A stretch of 64,000 nucleotides of DNA from Candidatus Spongiisociaceae bacterium (lineage in GTDB: Bacteria; Actinomycetota; Acidimicrobiia; Spongiisociales; Spongiisociaceae), in the NCBI GenBank assembly GCA_965219685.1, contig CBDCOH010000002.1, positions 96,001 through 160,000 of the forward strand. The letters are read 5' to 3'. The notes below the pieces were generated by a model. It did no database searches and was not told the origin of the DNA. It saw only the letters and a list, made by a program, of their open reading frames with translations. This document shows, in pieces, positions 29,793-39,857 of the stretch (the first letter of the stretch is position 1; every line of letters starts with the position of its first letter). The position numbers were made by a program, and so were the translations under genes.

Positions 29793-31178
29793 TTGGTCGG
29801 ATCGCTAATCTACCGGCGTGTGTTAGGAACTTGGGGTCTACCTTCGTCCGATGACACCTCGGCTGCCGAGGTGTCCGGAGATGTTGTGTTCGACGACACC
29901 GGCTGGAAGCTAACTGTTCACGGTAGCCTTGAGAAACTGCCTGGTCCCTATGATCTACCCCCCAAGCAATCGGCCATTTGGGGAGAAACTGTAGACGGCC
30001 GCCGTGTAAGCCTGTTCGATGGGTATTGCGTTTCTCGTAATCGTTTCTCGATGACGGACAATAGACCTAAGGAAGAGTGGATTGGCTTGCATTATTCAGT
30101 AGGCCGTACCCATGTCACGCTAGACACGTTCGTGAAACGTCTTGAAATCAGGTTCGACGCACTAGGTGAGTGGGGGTGCTGGAGCTCATCGCGTCTCTAT
30201 AACTATGCCGAAGGCACGATTACTATTCCTGACCATACTGCCTATACAGTTCAACACAAAGGGGCGAGAGTGAGCCTCGTGTGTTCGTGGATGGTGACTG
30301 ATTCGATAGACTCCGCCACTGTAACACGAGAAACGTTCCTTACAGTAGAGGACGATATCCAGATCAGAGATCTCCAAGCTAAGTGGGTTTCTCCACTGCA
30401 AGGATTCTTGAGTTTTCTCATACTCGACTATGCTACGATCACAGAGACTACAGTACGGCTATCGGATCCTGACCAGTCACTCACCCTTCACCTTCATACA
30501 CCCAAGCCAATCACTCAGGATACAGGCCCTCAAGAACGTGTCCATATGCTTCTCACTCATGGGCAACTGGTCGCCTCCGGAATGAACCTAGACACAATAC
30601 TCGACAACTGGTTCCAGCTAACAGGTCCACATCGTACCGCGCTCAACCTCATACAGCTTCTATACACCAATCCCACACTTCATCCACCAGCGGCGCTTCT
30701 CATAGCGTTCATGGCGATCGAGGCCTACCACCAGGCAGAGTTCGACGCTTCGGCCTCGCCACAAGCCGAGTATGCAGACAAGATATGTCGTGTCCTTGAA
30801 ACAATCCCCGAAGAGTACCAACAATGGGTGAAGGAACGTTTGCTGTCGGGTAACCGTAAGGGCCAAAAACGGAAGTATCGTGAAGTAAGCGAGATCGCCG
30901 TATCCACCCGCGGAAGTATAGAGTCTTCTTGGCCAACATTCGAGACAACCGTCATAAAACAACGGCAGAAAGCAGCACATCCAGCCGAGACTGACCTGAA
31001 CGATGCGATCAGTTGTCAGGCCGCTCGTGTAGGGCTCTTATGGATACTTCGTCATGTCTATCTAGTTAGAATGGGACTATCTTCGGATGCCGCTGAGAGA
31101 TTAATCATCCAAAACCAGATCTTCCAACAAGATCTTGAACAATTGGCCGAATGGTACAAGCATCTTGATACCAGTTAA
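29793..31178 (+). CDS. ApeA-like HEPN domain protein
   Basis: IWGETVDGRRVSLFD N-terminal domain, AIEAYH, RQKAAH (RxxxxH); lower GC. Confidence 0.75.
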   Translation: MVGSLIYRRVLGTWGLPSSDDTSAAEVSGDVVFDDTGWKLTVHGSLEKLPGPYDLPPKQSAIWGETVDGRRVSLFDGYCVSRNRFSMTDNRPKEEWIGLHYSVGRTHVTLDTFVKRLEIRFDALGEWGCWSSSRLYNYAEGTITIPDHTAYTVQHKGARVSLVCSWMVTDSIDSATVTRETFLTVEDDIQIRDLQAKWVSPLQGFLSFLILDYATITETTVRLSDPDQSLTLHLHTPKPITQDTGPQERVHMLLTHGQLVASGMNLDTILDNWFQLTGPHRTALNLIQLLYTNPTLHPPAALLIAFMAIEAYHQAEFDASASPQAEYADKICRVLETIPEEYQQWVKERLLSGNRKGQKRKYREVSEIAVSTRGSIESSWPTFETTVIKQRQKAAHPAETDLNDAISCQAARVGLLWILRHVYLVRMGLSSDAAERLIIQNQIFQQDLEQLAEWYKHLDTS

Positions 31179-31459
31179 CGAGTCCGCTTTGGGTGGATCG
31201 TTAAGGCGCAGTCCAAACGCTGGGAGGTTCACAACAGACTGTTAAGTTTCGCCAAAACGCTCCAGAGACCCTGCCCCACGTTCCAGCGAGGTGGCCCGAC
31301 CGCTCCTGCCTCTGGGTCCGCTGGCGACGTTACGTTTGCACACTTGCCCCCGCAGGCAGGCATACTTCGTGGCTGTGGCGGCCACTGCTCTGAGGGTCAC
31401 AGCGATTCCGCTTGCATCGTTCAGTTCATAGGGCCCTGCTGCGTGCTAGCTTCGCAGGC

Positions 31460-32422
31460 ATGAGCGACTTGGCGCAGATAGTCGAACGGGTGGCCCGCGA
31501 CACCATCTCTTCAATCTTGGATCCGCTAGGTATCGAGTACATTCACCCCAACGGCGAGTGGCGGATGATGCTGCGAGACGGACGGGTTGCCGATATCGAA
31601 GCGACCGTGCGCACCGATCAGTATGGAAACAGCTTCTGGTCTCAAGTACGTGACAGGCCTGGCCCCGAGTGGCCCGACGATCGCCTCACCCGTAAGTGGA
31701 CTGTGCGTGTCAAGGACCCTGAACCGGAAGCCAACAAGCGGCGACCCGTCCGGCAGCTGGTCGATGCGTTGATACCTGTACTCGCCGACACGGAAGCCAC
31801 TGGTACCACACCCGAACAAATGGTCGACATCGCCAACAGTCGCTTGGTCGACGTGTGGCGAGTTGTCAACGTACAGCGGGATTGGGTTAGGCATTGGGCC
31901 GCGGAGGCCCGGACAGGTATCACCTTCGAGGAGTGGGTGCCTCTTTGGGTGGAACAATCCGGATTCTGGAACCCGAAGCTTCTGATCGACCACTTCCACG
32001 ATCCGTTCACGGCGCGGCGGGTAAGCGTCGTCAAGCCCCCGGAGCCAGCCCCCCATGGCATGGTCTACACACACGGAAGTGTGGACCGCGGTAGCGCTTG
32101 GGGCGATCATGAGGCGCTGCGAACCGCGATTCAAGAGTGCGTCAACTTCAAGGTGGGCAAGGACCAGTTGGCTAACGCGCCCGACCTTAAATGGTTGGCT
32201 GTGGGATTGGACGGAGGGCACTCGGCCTGGCAGTTGAACGAGCACTTCGGTCCCAAGGCCAGCCCACCTTATCCTTTCGAGTCCGTCAACAGCCTTACGT
32301 TGGGTTGCTTCGACGAGGTCTGGGTAATAGGGCCTTGCGGTAAAGAGATGTACACGGTAGTGCGGTTGGATGAGCAGTCTCGCCACATTGTTCGTCTCGC
32401 TTCAGGGGAAACGTCGCCATAG
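31460..32422 (+). CDS. hypothetical protein, possibly restriction-endonuclease-like fold
   Basis: Intact ORF from MSDLAQ; DGRVADIEAT, AIQECVNFK, FDEVWVIG resemble 25961-26845. Confidence 0.5.
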   Translation: MSDLAQIVERVARDTISSILDPLGIEYIHPNGEWRMMLRDGRVADIEATVRTDQYGNSFWSQVRDRPGPEWPDDRLTRKWTVRVKDPEPEANKRRPVRQLVDALIPVLADTEATGTTPEQMVDIANSRLVDVWRVVNVQRDWVRHWAAEARTGITFEEWVPLWVEQSGFWNPKLLIDHFHDPFTARRVSVVKPPEPAPHGMVYTHGSVDRGSAWGDHEALRTAIQECVNFKVGKDQLANAPDLKWLAVGLDGGHSAWQLNEHFGPKASPPYPFESVNSLTLGCFDEVWVIGPCGKEMYTVVRLDEQSRHIVRLASGETSP

Positions 32423-32650
32423 TTCGTTTCGCCAGGCGACGGCTGTAGTGAATAGGCCTCTCTGAGTTGGTGTTGGCTCGTCGAAGCGCAGCCGGAGCAA
32501 GATAGGTTCCTCCATCGGACCAGAGTGAGAAATCATCGTCCTTCTCGAGTATCGAGACCGGCGCCCTGAAGCGGGTGTGGTCGCAAGACGGATCGCATCG
32601 ACAACGTTCGACTTGCCAGAGTTGTTCTCGCCAACCAGCACTGGGGAGTG
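32402..32650 (-). pseudogene. N-terminal fragment of an OLD-family/ABC-type ATPase
   Basis: LVGENNSGKSNVVDAIRL Walker A; truncated. Confidence 0.7.
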
Positions 32651-32851
32651 CTCGCCCCGGCCACGCTCTCACAGGTGGGCTATCTTTGGAACGGCGATGC
32701 ACTCTATGCTGGCGCAGTGTTCTGAGCCAAAGCGATGACGAACCATACCGGACCGGGAGCACTTCCTGGTCCGGGACTCGTGCAACGCTGGGCTACTCGA
32801 ACACTCGGGCCGGGTCGCACACTTGCTGGATGGATCGCTCGTGGTTTGCTC

Positions 32852-33433
32852 CTAGAATAGGTCGGGGTTTCTCTCGTTGACACAGTGGGCAAGCCGGTCG
32901 AAGAAGGCCGCCATGTCGGGCTCGTCCACGATGCGTGGCCCGTTTGCAAAGTCGACTTCCACGACCGCGGACGCCTCCATCATCCCTGCTGCCCACGCAG
33001 GGGCGTCGCGGCCCGAAAGCCGCTCGACCGCAGCCCGGAAGAAGTCCACCCACGACGTTCCATCGCTGCGCATAGTGTCGCCGTTGTTGAACAGCATGAG
33101 GTAGCCGGTCACGATCTCCGGCGATTGAAGCTGAACGTTGGCCATCTCGCCCGTCAGGTCGTCTAGGCGGTTTGGAACCGTCCCTGCAATGTTCTTCAGT
33201 ATTGACTTCAGGCTGATCACCAACCTGATCTTCCCTTCGGCGGGCCACACCACATCCCATTTCTTGGAACGTCCTATACCTGGGACAGAAAGCTCCTTGG
33301 TGGCGCCGTTGATGCCGCGCCGGTCGAGTTGCTCGATGCACATGTCGGCCAGCACCTGCAGCCGCCTCGTCGATGTGGGCGTCTCCCTGGCGATCTCGTA
33401 CAGGCTGGTGACGGCGTCCTAGAGCGAGATCAT
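32852..33433 (-). pseudogene. type II restriction endonuclease (PaeR7I/XhoI-like) with TAG at codon 5
   Basis: atg atc tcg ctc TAG gac...; KKWDVV...ISLKS...NRLDD; directly downstream of the methylase. Confidence 0.7.
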
Positions 33434-34174
33434 GACGACCGGTGAAGGAGCCCCACCGCTTACAGTTCCATGCCGGGATCGACGTTGCGGATGACGGTGG
33501 CAGGGTGGTCGGGCGTGGCTACCTTCAGCCGGTCTTCGGCGAGGTCGAGGTAGGCGGGTTCGATGTCGTACACGACCGAGTCGCGGCCTGCCAGAGCCGC
33601 GGCGACACAAGTGGTGCCTGACCCGCCGAAGGGATCCAGCACCGTGTCGGCCACGAACGAGAACATTCGGACCAGACGGTTTGCTAGCTCGACAGGAAAG
33701 GGGGCCGGGCGGTCCGGTGACGATGTACCCCCGATGTCCGTCCAGAACGCCCGGTACCACGCGTGATAGTCGTCCTTGGGGATGCGGGACAGCCAGCGCT
33801 GCTCCTCGGTGGGCTTGCGGTAGCCGCCGGGCTTCCGTAGGAGAAGGATGTACTCGATCTCGCTCTTGATGATCCCATTCGGTTCGTACGGCTTGCCCAG
33901 GAAGTAGGTAGGGCCCGCCACCTCGGTCGTCATGTTCGTGCGCTTCCACCAGAAGATGGGGGTCAGGACATCGAAACCGGCCTGGCGGGCTTGGGAGAGG
34001 ATGTCAGCGTGCAGGGGTATAACCCGGTGGCGTCCGTGCTTACGGCGGGACAGGGTGACATCACCGACATTGATACACAGCCAGCCTCCAGGGAGAAGCA
34101 CCCGGTAGCACTCGTCCCACACTCGGGTAAGTTCCTTCTGGAACAGCTCGTAGTCATAGAGGTCACCTAATGGG

Positions 34175-34375
34175 GGTCCACCACTTCTGCCGGTGTTTCT
34201 GGGAGGGTGTGGTGGTTGAGCTGGCTGGCCGGTGAGTACTGATGGCACCCGGAACGTTGATTCCTAGAGCTAGAGCGTACCCCGGCCGGTTCGCGAGGGT
34301 GCTTGTAGCGCTCATGGGGTGTCGTGCCGTAGAGCACTGATCCATTAGGTCGCCGCCGGGTGTCCCTCGAAGCTC
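34175..34375 (+). ncRNA. predicted IS110 bridge RNA
   Basis: 5' hairpin; target guides gatggcacc (34241-34249) and agctag (34268-34273); donor guides tggggtgtc (34315-34323) and ccattag (34342-34348); ends approximate. Confidence 0.8.
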
Positions 34376-34415
34376 TCTGACAATGTTTTGGGACTGTTTC
34401 TGAAGGAGGCAGCAG

Positions 34416-35636
34416 ATGATCTTTGTGGGAGATGACTGGGCTGAGGCGCATCACGATGTGTGTCTGATGGACGAGGCGGGAACTCGGTTGGCTGGACGGC
34501 GGCTGCCGGAGGGCCTGGCGGGGGTGGCCCAGTTGCATGAGATGATCGCCGAGCACACATCGGATCCGGCCGAGGTGGTGTTAGGCATCGAGACCGATCG
34601 GGGCCTCTGGGTCGGTGCTCTGGTCGCAGCGGGCTATCAGGTATATGCGATCAACCCCAAGGCGGTGTCCCGTTACCGGGATCGGCACAGCATGGGCGGA
34701 GCGAAATCAGACCGTGGCGATGCCAAGGTGTTAGCCGATCTGGTACGAACCGACCGTCACAACCATCGTCCCGTGGCCGGGGACAGCCCAGAAGCGGACG
34801 GGATCAAGATCATGGCCAGAGCGCATCAGAACCTGAAATGGGCCCGGGTGCGTCACACCAACCAGATGCGCAACGCCCTCCGCGAATACTATCCCGCAGC
34901 GTTGGAAACGTTCGATGACCTGGCCCATCGCGACGCCCTTGCCGTCCTGGGCAAAGCACCCACCCCCACCCTGGGCACCCGCCTGACACTGCCCCAGATC
35001 AGAGCAGCCCTCCAGAAAGCCGGGAGGCGACGCAACCTCGACAAGGTTGCCCGCCGCATCCAGAAAGGCCTCAGAGGTGCCCACCTCACCGCACCGGAGC
35101 CGGTTGAGAACGCACTCGGGACAACAGTTGCATCACTGGTCAACATCATTGTGGAAACCAACCACCAGATCGAACAGCTCGAGCAAACCCTCGAGACCCG
35201 TTTTAGAGAACACCCGGACGCCGTCATCTACCACTCCCAGCCAGGACTCGGTACCGTGCTCGGCGCCCGGGCGCTCGGTGAGTTCGGGGACGACCCCCAA
35301 CGCTACACCAGCGCCAAGTCTCGCAGGAACTACGCCGGCACGTCGCCCATCACCATCGCATCAGGCCGCAAACACGCCGTCACGGCCCGCCACGTCCGCA
35401 ACCGGAGACTCTACGACGCCCTCGACCAATGGGCATTCTGCACCCTAACCCGAAGCCCAGGCGCCCGAGCCTTCTACGACCAACGACGAGCAGCCGACGA
35501 CGAACACCACCAAGCCCTCCGAGCCCTCGCCAACCGACTCGTAGGCATCCTCCACGGCTGCCTCAAACACCGAACCCCCTACAACGAACACACCGCCTGG
35601 GCCCACCGAACCGCCCTCGACCGAGCCGCAGCTTGA
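34416..35636 (+). CDS. IS110 DEDD recombinase, intact 406 aa
   Basis: FVGDDWAEAHHD, GIET, KSDRGDA, YAGTSPITIASG; RBS aaggagg. Confidence 0.95.
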   Translation: MIFVGDDWAEAHHDVCLMDEAGTRLAGRRLPEGLAGVAQLHEMIAEHTSDPAEVVLGIETDRGLWVGALVAAGYQVYAINPKAVSRYRDRHSMGGAKSDRGDAKVLADLVRTDRHNHRPVAGDSPEADGIKIMARAHQNLKWARVRHTNQMRNALREYYPAALETFDDLAHRDALAVLGKAPTPTLGTRLTLPQIRAALQKAGRRRNLDKVARRIQKGLRGAHLTAPEPVENALGTTVASLVNIIVETNHQIEQLEQTLETRFREHPDAVIYHSQPGLGTVLGARALGEFGDDPQRYTSAKSRRNYAGTSPITIASGRKHAVTARHVRNRRLYDALDQWAFCTLTRSPGARAFYDQRRAADDEHHQALRALANRLVGILHGCLKHRTPYNEHTAWAHRTALDRAAA

Positions 35637-36099
35637 CATTTACGCTCCTGGGGTGTCTAGCTGAGCCGGATTGTCCGGGTACTTCTTGAGTGTCCAGTAC
35701 GGCGGTGAAGTGACTACGAGGGCAGATGATTCATCATCGACGTCCAGCATCCGCCGGGCATCGCTGTGGATCAGCCGGTGATGAGTGGGGGAAAGCCCGT
35801 GCCGTTCGCAGCCAGCTGCAGGTTTTCCATTGTCCGCTCCTCAGTTACACGCTTGTAATCTTAGTAAAGCTCGGTCGGGCCCTGCCGGTCGGAACAGGTT
35901 TGCGGACCTGTCTCAGGTCGGGTTACCCACCGCGCACTACGGTGCTTAAAGGTACCGGAGGCATGTGACACACCTTTGAGGCGTCCAAGCTCATCGGCGG
36001 CAAGTGGTAGCTTTCGCTCTGGTCATTACGCAGGCTGGAGGGCGGGCTCATGCCTGACGTAGTCGTGGTTGGTGGTGAAGCAACTAGCCAGGGTGTCCC

Positions 36100-37806
36100 T
36101 CATCCGCGGAGGGTCGCCGTTCTTGCAGTGTCCACGATGAAGGTGGCCGGGTCGACTGACACGCCGTAGTCCTGCTCGGCTGCCTCGACGGATACGAAGC
36201 CGTTGCGGACATCCTTCGCCACCTTTGCGGGATCGCGCTCGAACGGGTTGCCCCAGCCGCCGCCTCCTCCGGTGTTGTTGGCGAGAACCTGTCCGGCTTC
36301 GAGGAAGTTGTAGCTGCTTCCCTTCCGCTCCTCGTTCTCGGTCCCCGGGTCGATCACGATGTGGTTGGGATCGGCTTCCTTGCCGCCGTTGATGCCCCAT
36401 GGAGGGCTCAAGGTCTTGTAGACGATCGAGATGGCCGTGCTGGGGGCGAGGAACCGGTAGACCCTGCTGATGCCCACCCCGCCGCGGTGCTTGCCGGGGC
36501 CTCCGGTGTCGGGTCGGTAGCCGTACTGGTCGATCATTAGGGGACCCTTGATCTCCAGCACCTCCACGGGATTGTTGCGGCAGCCCGGCTCGGACAGATG
36601 CATGATGCCGTCCTCCCCGTCTCCGCCGGCGTGGGCGCCGAACCCGACCGCGTCGTTCATGCCTTCCAGCCACGGACCTCCGGTCCGCGGGTCGACTCCG
36701 AGAGCCATGACGGAGCACACGTCACCTCCCGAACAGGCGGGCACGCGGTCGGGCATCCCCTGTGACAGGGCCTTCAGCATCACCTCGCCGCCCAGCAACC
36801 CGGTCCACAGCGTGAAGGTGGGCATGGGCGGAACGGCGTGCATCACCGATCCTTCCTTGGTGATCACCCGCAACGGGCGGAAGTTGCCGGCCGTCACCGG
36901 CCATTCGGGAGTGGTGAGGCCCTTGAAGATCAGGCAGTTGAACGCCTCGGTCATGCCCCGCGGTAGGTTGATCGGACCGCGAACCCCTTCGTCGCTCCCG
37001 GTCCAGTCGACGATCATCTCGTCGTCGGTGATGGTGATGGTCACGGCCATCTTGATGGGTCTGTCCAGGTCCACCCCGTCGTGGTCCATGTAGTCCTCGG
37101 CGCTCCACGTGCCTTTGGGCATGCGCCGCAGGGCTGCCAGCGCCAGGCGCTCGCCGTGGACGTTGATGGCGTCCATGGCGGCGGTGAGGGTTTCGACCCC
37201 GAACTTCTCGGCGATTTCACGGGTTCGCCTGACCCCGGTCACGACGGCCGACACCTGGGCCTGCAAGTCCCCGATCGTGTGGCTGGGCAGCCGGCTGTTG
37301 AAACGCACGATGTTGAAAATGTCCTCGTTGATCTCCCCTTCCCGGTACAGCTTGACGACGGGGAAGAAGATCCCTTCCTGGTACATGTCGGTGGAGTCGA
37401 GTACGTATCCCGGGTCCTTCTGTTTGAGGTCGAGCACGTGGCACCGGCAGGAAGCAAAGCCGACCAGGCGCCCGTCTATGTGGATAGGGGCGAACACGAG
37501 CGTGTCGAGCGTGTGGGCGGACGACCAGTACGGGTAGTTGTTGATGAACACGTCCCCGGGCTTCATCGCGTCTGTTCCCAGGAACTCGATCGACCGCTTG
37601 ATGCCGTAGTCGTTGCCGCGGGTGAAAACGGCGATGCCCGGAGCGTCGGCGGCGATGTCTCCGTTCACGTCGTGCAGTCCCACCCCGTAGTCGTGGGTTT
37701 CGTAGACGACCGTGTTGTAGGACGTCCGGCAGAGGTTGCGGGCCATCTCCTCGCAGGCCGAGAGGAGCCCGTGACGGATGATCTCGGTGGTGATGGCGTC
37801 AATCAT
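36100..37806 (-). CDS. hydantoinase B/oxoprolinase family protein
   Basis: NYPYWSSAHTLD, HVLD, EGIFFP, NNPVEVLE, GGPGKHRGG, TGGGGGWGNP. Confidence 0.92.
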   Translation of the reverse strand: MIDAITTEIIRHGLLSACEEMARNLCRTSYNTVVYETHDYGVGLHDVNGDIAADAPGIAVFTRGNDYGIKRSIEFLGTDAMKPGDVFINNYPYWSSAHTLDTLVFAPIHIDGRLVGFASCRCHVLDLKQKDPGYVLDSTDMYQEGIFFPVVKLYREGEINEDIFNIVRFNSRLPSHTIGDLQAQVSAVVTGVRRTREIAEKFGVETLTAAMDAINVHGERLALAALRRMPKGTWSAEDYMDHDGVDLDRPIKMAVTITITDDEMIVDWTGSDEGVRGPINLPRGMTEAFNCLIFKGLTTPEWPVTAGNFRPLRVITKEGSVMHAVPPMPTFTLWTGLLGGEVMLKALSQGMPDRVPACSGGDVCSVMALGVDPRTGGPWLEGMNDAVGFGAHAGGDGEDGIMHLSEPGCRNNPVEVLEIKGPLMIDQYGYRPDTGGPGKHRGGVGISRVYRFLAPSTAISIVYKTLSPPWGINGGKEADPNHIVIDPGTENEERKGSSYNFLEAGQVLANNTGGGGGWGNPFERDPAKVAKDVRNGFVSVEAAEQDYGVSVDPATFIVDTARTATLRG

Positions 37807-39838
37807 CGGTAACCCCCAGTGTTATCACGAGTTCGCCATGCTTCCCCACCACCAGATGATCGCCCGGATGGATGACGGTGGTGCCGGTGTGCTCGACTAT
37901 CACCGCCGGTCCGGCGATCTCGTCATCACGGCGGAGGTCCTCCCTCCTGTACACCCCGGCAGGGACGCGGCGGGCGCCTCCGGCGTCGAGAACGGGCCGG
38001 GTGGCGAACGGCTCGGGCAGCCCGGTCGCCCGGCGAGGAAGTGCCGGCAACCTGGGTTGATCGACCGTCCCGGTGGCGCTCAGGCGCAGCGTCGTGACCT
38101 CGACCGGATCGGTCATCGTGTGGCCGTAGTGGCGATGGTGGAGTTCGGCGAACCGCTCTCCCAGATCTGCGATCGGGTTGGCTGTCCCGGCCGGGAGAGG
38201 GATCGACACCGGATGTTGCTGGCCGGTGTACCTGAGATCGATCGACCGCGCCAGCACCTGCCTCTCGGAAGGGAAGCCCTCCGAGCGCAGCACATCTCCT
38301 GCACGGGCCGACATCTCGGCGTAGGAGGCCTCCAGCTGGCCGGCCTCGAGAGACTCCAGCGGCATCACGGCGGTCTGCGCGAAGTCGTGCTGGACGTCCG
38401 CCATCAGCATTCCCAGCGCGGAGAAGGCGCCCTGGCCCGGCGGGATGATGACAGTGCCCATACACAACTCTCGGGCCACGTCGACCGCCACGATCCCACC
38501 GGCGCCGCCGAACGCCAGGAGCGCGAAGTCCTTCGGGTCGCGGCCCAACTCGATGGTGATGGAGCGCACCGCTCCCATCACCTTGACCGCCGAGATCCGT
38601 ACCACGCCGAGGGCGAGTTCCTCCACTGTTATGCCCATGCGCTGGGCAAGCGGTTCCAATGCGCCGCGGGCCAGGTCCTTGTCGAGGGTCAGGGTCCCTC
38701 CCAGTGGGGTCTCTTGGCCGAGATAGCCCACCACGAGGGCGGCGTCGGTGAAGGTGGCTTCGCTTCCACCGGATCCGTACGAGGCGGGCCCGGGATTGGC
38801 GCCGGCGCTGTGCGGCCCGACCTGGAGTCCTCCGGCTTCGTCGGTCCGGGCGATCGAGCCGCCGCCGGCCCCGATCGTGTGGATGTAGAGGGACGTGATG
38901 TTTATGGGCAGGCTCTCGAACTCGGCGCCTTGGTGCATGACGGGTTGCCCTTCGATGATGAGCGAGGCGTCCAGGCTGGTACCCCCCATGTCGACCGTGA
39001 CAAGGTTGGGTTCCCCGATCATCCGGCCGAAACCCGCCGCACCGATGACGCCTCCCGCCGGTCCCGACAGGATCAGGTTCACAGGGCTCTCGCGGGCGGA
39101 GGAGGCGGTCATCGCCCCGCCGCCGGACCGCATCATCAGGAACCGGCCCTCGAAACCTCCCGCCTCCAGTTCTGCGCCCAGGTCGTACAGGTAGGTCCGC
39201 ACGATCGGCTTGATGTATGCGTCGAGGACCGCCGTGCTGGTCCGCTCGTACTCCCGGTACTCGCGGGAGAGATCCGACGAGATCGACACCTCCACGCCGG
39301 GGGCGACCTCTGCCAGAACCGCCCGCATCGACTCCTCGTGTGCGGGGTTGACGTAGGAGTGCAGGAAGGCTACGGCGACCGCCTCGTAGCCGCCGTCGCG
39401 TATCAGCGCAGCGATCCGGCGAGCGTCGGCTTCGTCGAATTCGGTGTGGACGGAGCCGTCGTACATGAGGCGCTCCGTCACATCGAAGGTGTCGCAGCGT
39501 TCCACCAGGCGGGGAGGGGTGCGGTAGAGGATGTCGTAGTTCCCCTCCCGGGAGGTCCGTCCCAGCAGGTAGACGTCCCGAAACCCTTTCGTGGCTACCA
39601 CGGCCGTTCGGGCGCCGGAGCGGGTCAGGAGTGCGTTGAGGGCCAGGGTGGTGCCGTGGGTGAACAGGGATGTGCCGGCCAGGGCTGCGCCGACCCGGGC
39701 GATCGAGTCGACTACACCCAGGGTCGGGTTCTCCGGCGTCGTGGGAACTTTCTCGAACCGGATCTCCCCGCCGTCGTCGAGATGGACCACGTCCGTGAAC
39801 GTTCCCCCCACGTCGACGGCCAATCGGTTGGCTCTCAT
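37799..39838 (-). CDS. hydantoinase A/oxoprolinase family protein (ATP-binding)
   Basis: VDVGGTFTD, HGTT, SGPAGG, DMGGTS, IGAGGGS; overlaps the B subunit gene. Confidence 0.93.
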   Translation of the reverse strand: MRANRLAVDVGGTFTDVVHLDDGGEIRFEKVPTTPENPTLGVVDSIARVGAALAGTSLFTHGTTLALNALLTRSGARTAVVATKGFRDVYLLGRTSREGNYDILYRTPPRLVERCDTFDVTERLMYDGSVHTEFDEADARRIAALIRDGGYEAVAVAFLHSYVNPAHEESMRAVLAEVAPGVEVSISSDLSREYREYERTSTAVLDAYIKPIVRTYLYDLGAELEAGGFEGRFLMMRSGGGAMTASSARESPVNLILSGPAGGVIGAAGFGRMIGEPNLVTVDMGGTSLDASLIIEGQPVMHQGAEFESLPINITSLYIHTIGAGGGSIARTDEAGGLQVGPHSAGANPGPASYGSGGSEATFTDAALVVGYLGQETPLGGTLTLDKDLARGALEPLAQRMGITVEELALGVVRISAVKVMGAVRSITIELGRDPKDFALLAFGGAGGIVAVDVARELCMGTVIIPPGQGAFSALGMLMADVQHDFAQTAVMPLESLEAGQLEASYAEMSARAGDVLRSEGFPSERQVLARSIDLRYTGQQHPVSIPLPAGTANPIADLGERFAELHHRHYGHTMTDPVEVTTLRLSATGTVDQPRLPALPRRATGLPEPFATRPVLDAGGARRVPAGVYRREDLRRDDEIAGPAVIVEHTGTTVIHPGDHLVVGKHGELVITLGVTDD

Positions 39839-39857
39839 CGGCCTTCCTCTCCGCGGA

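Larger units (their letters stand above)
34170..35659 (+). mobile_element. IS110 family element
   Basis: CTA core at both junctions (34167-34169, 35657-35659); long non-coding left end and short right end; removal restores the methylase frame. Confidence 0.93.
33460..35830 (-). pseudogene. beta-class amino (N4-C/N6-A) DNA methyltransferase split by IS110
   Basis: VVTSPPYWTLKKY...QL at 35657-35830 joins GDLYDY...PAPFP...VLDPFGGSGTT at 33460-34169; extra frameshift near 35790. Confidence 0.88.
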
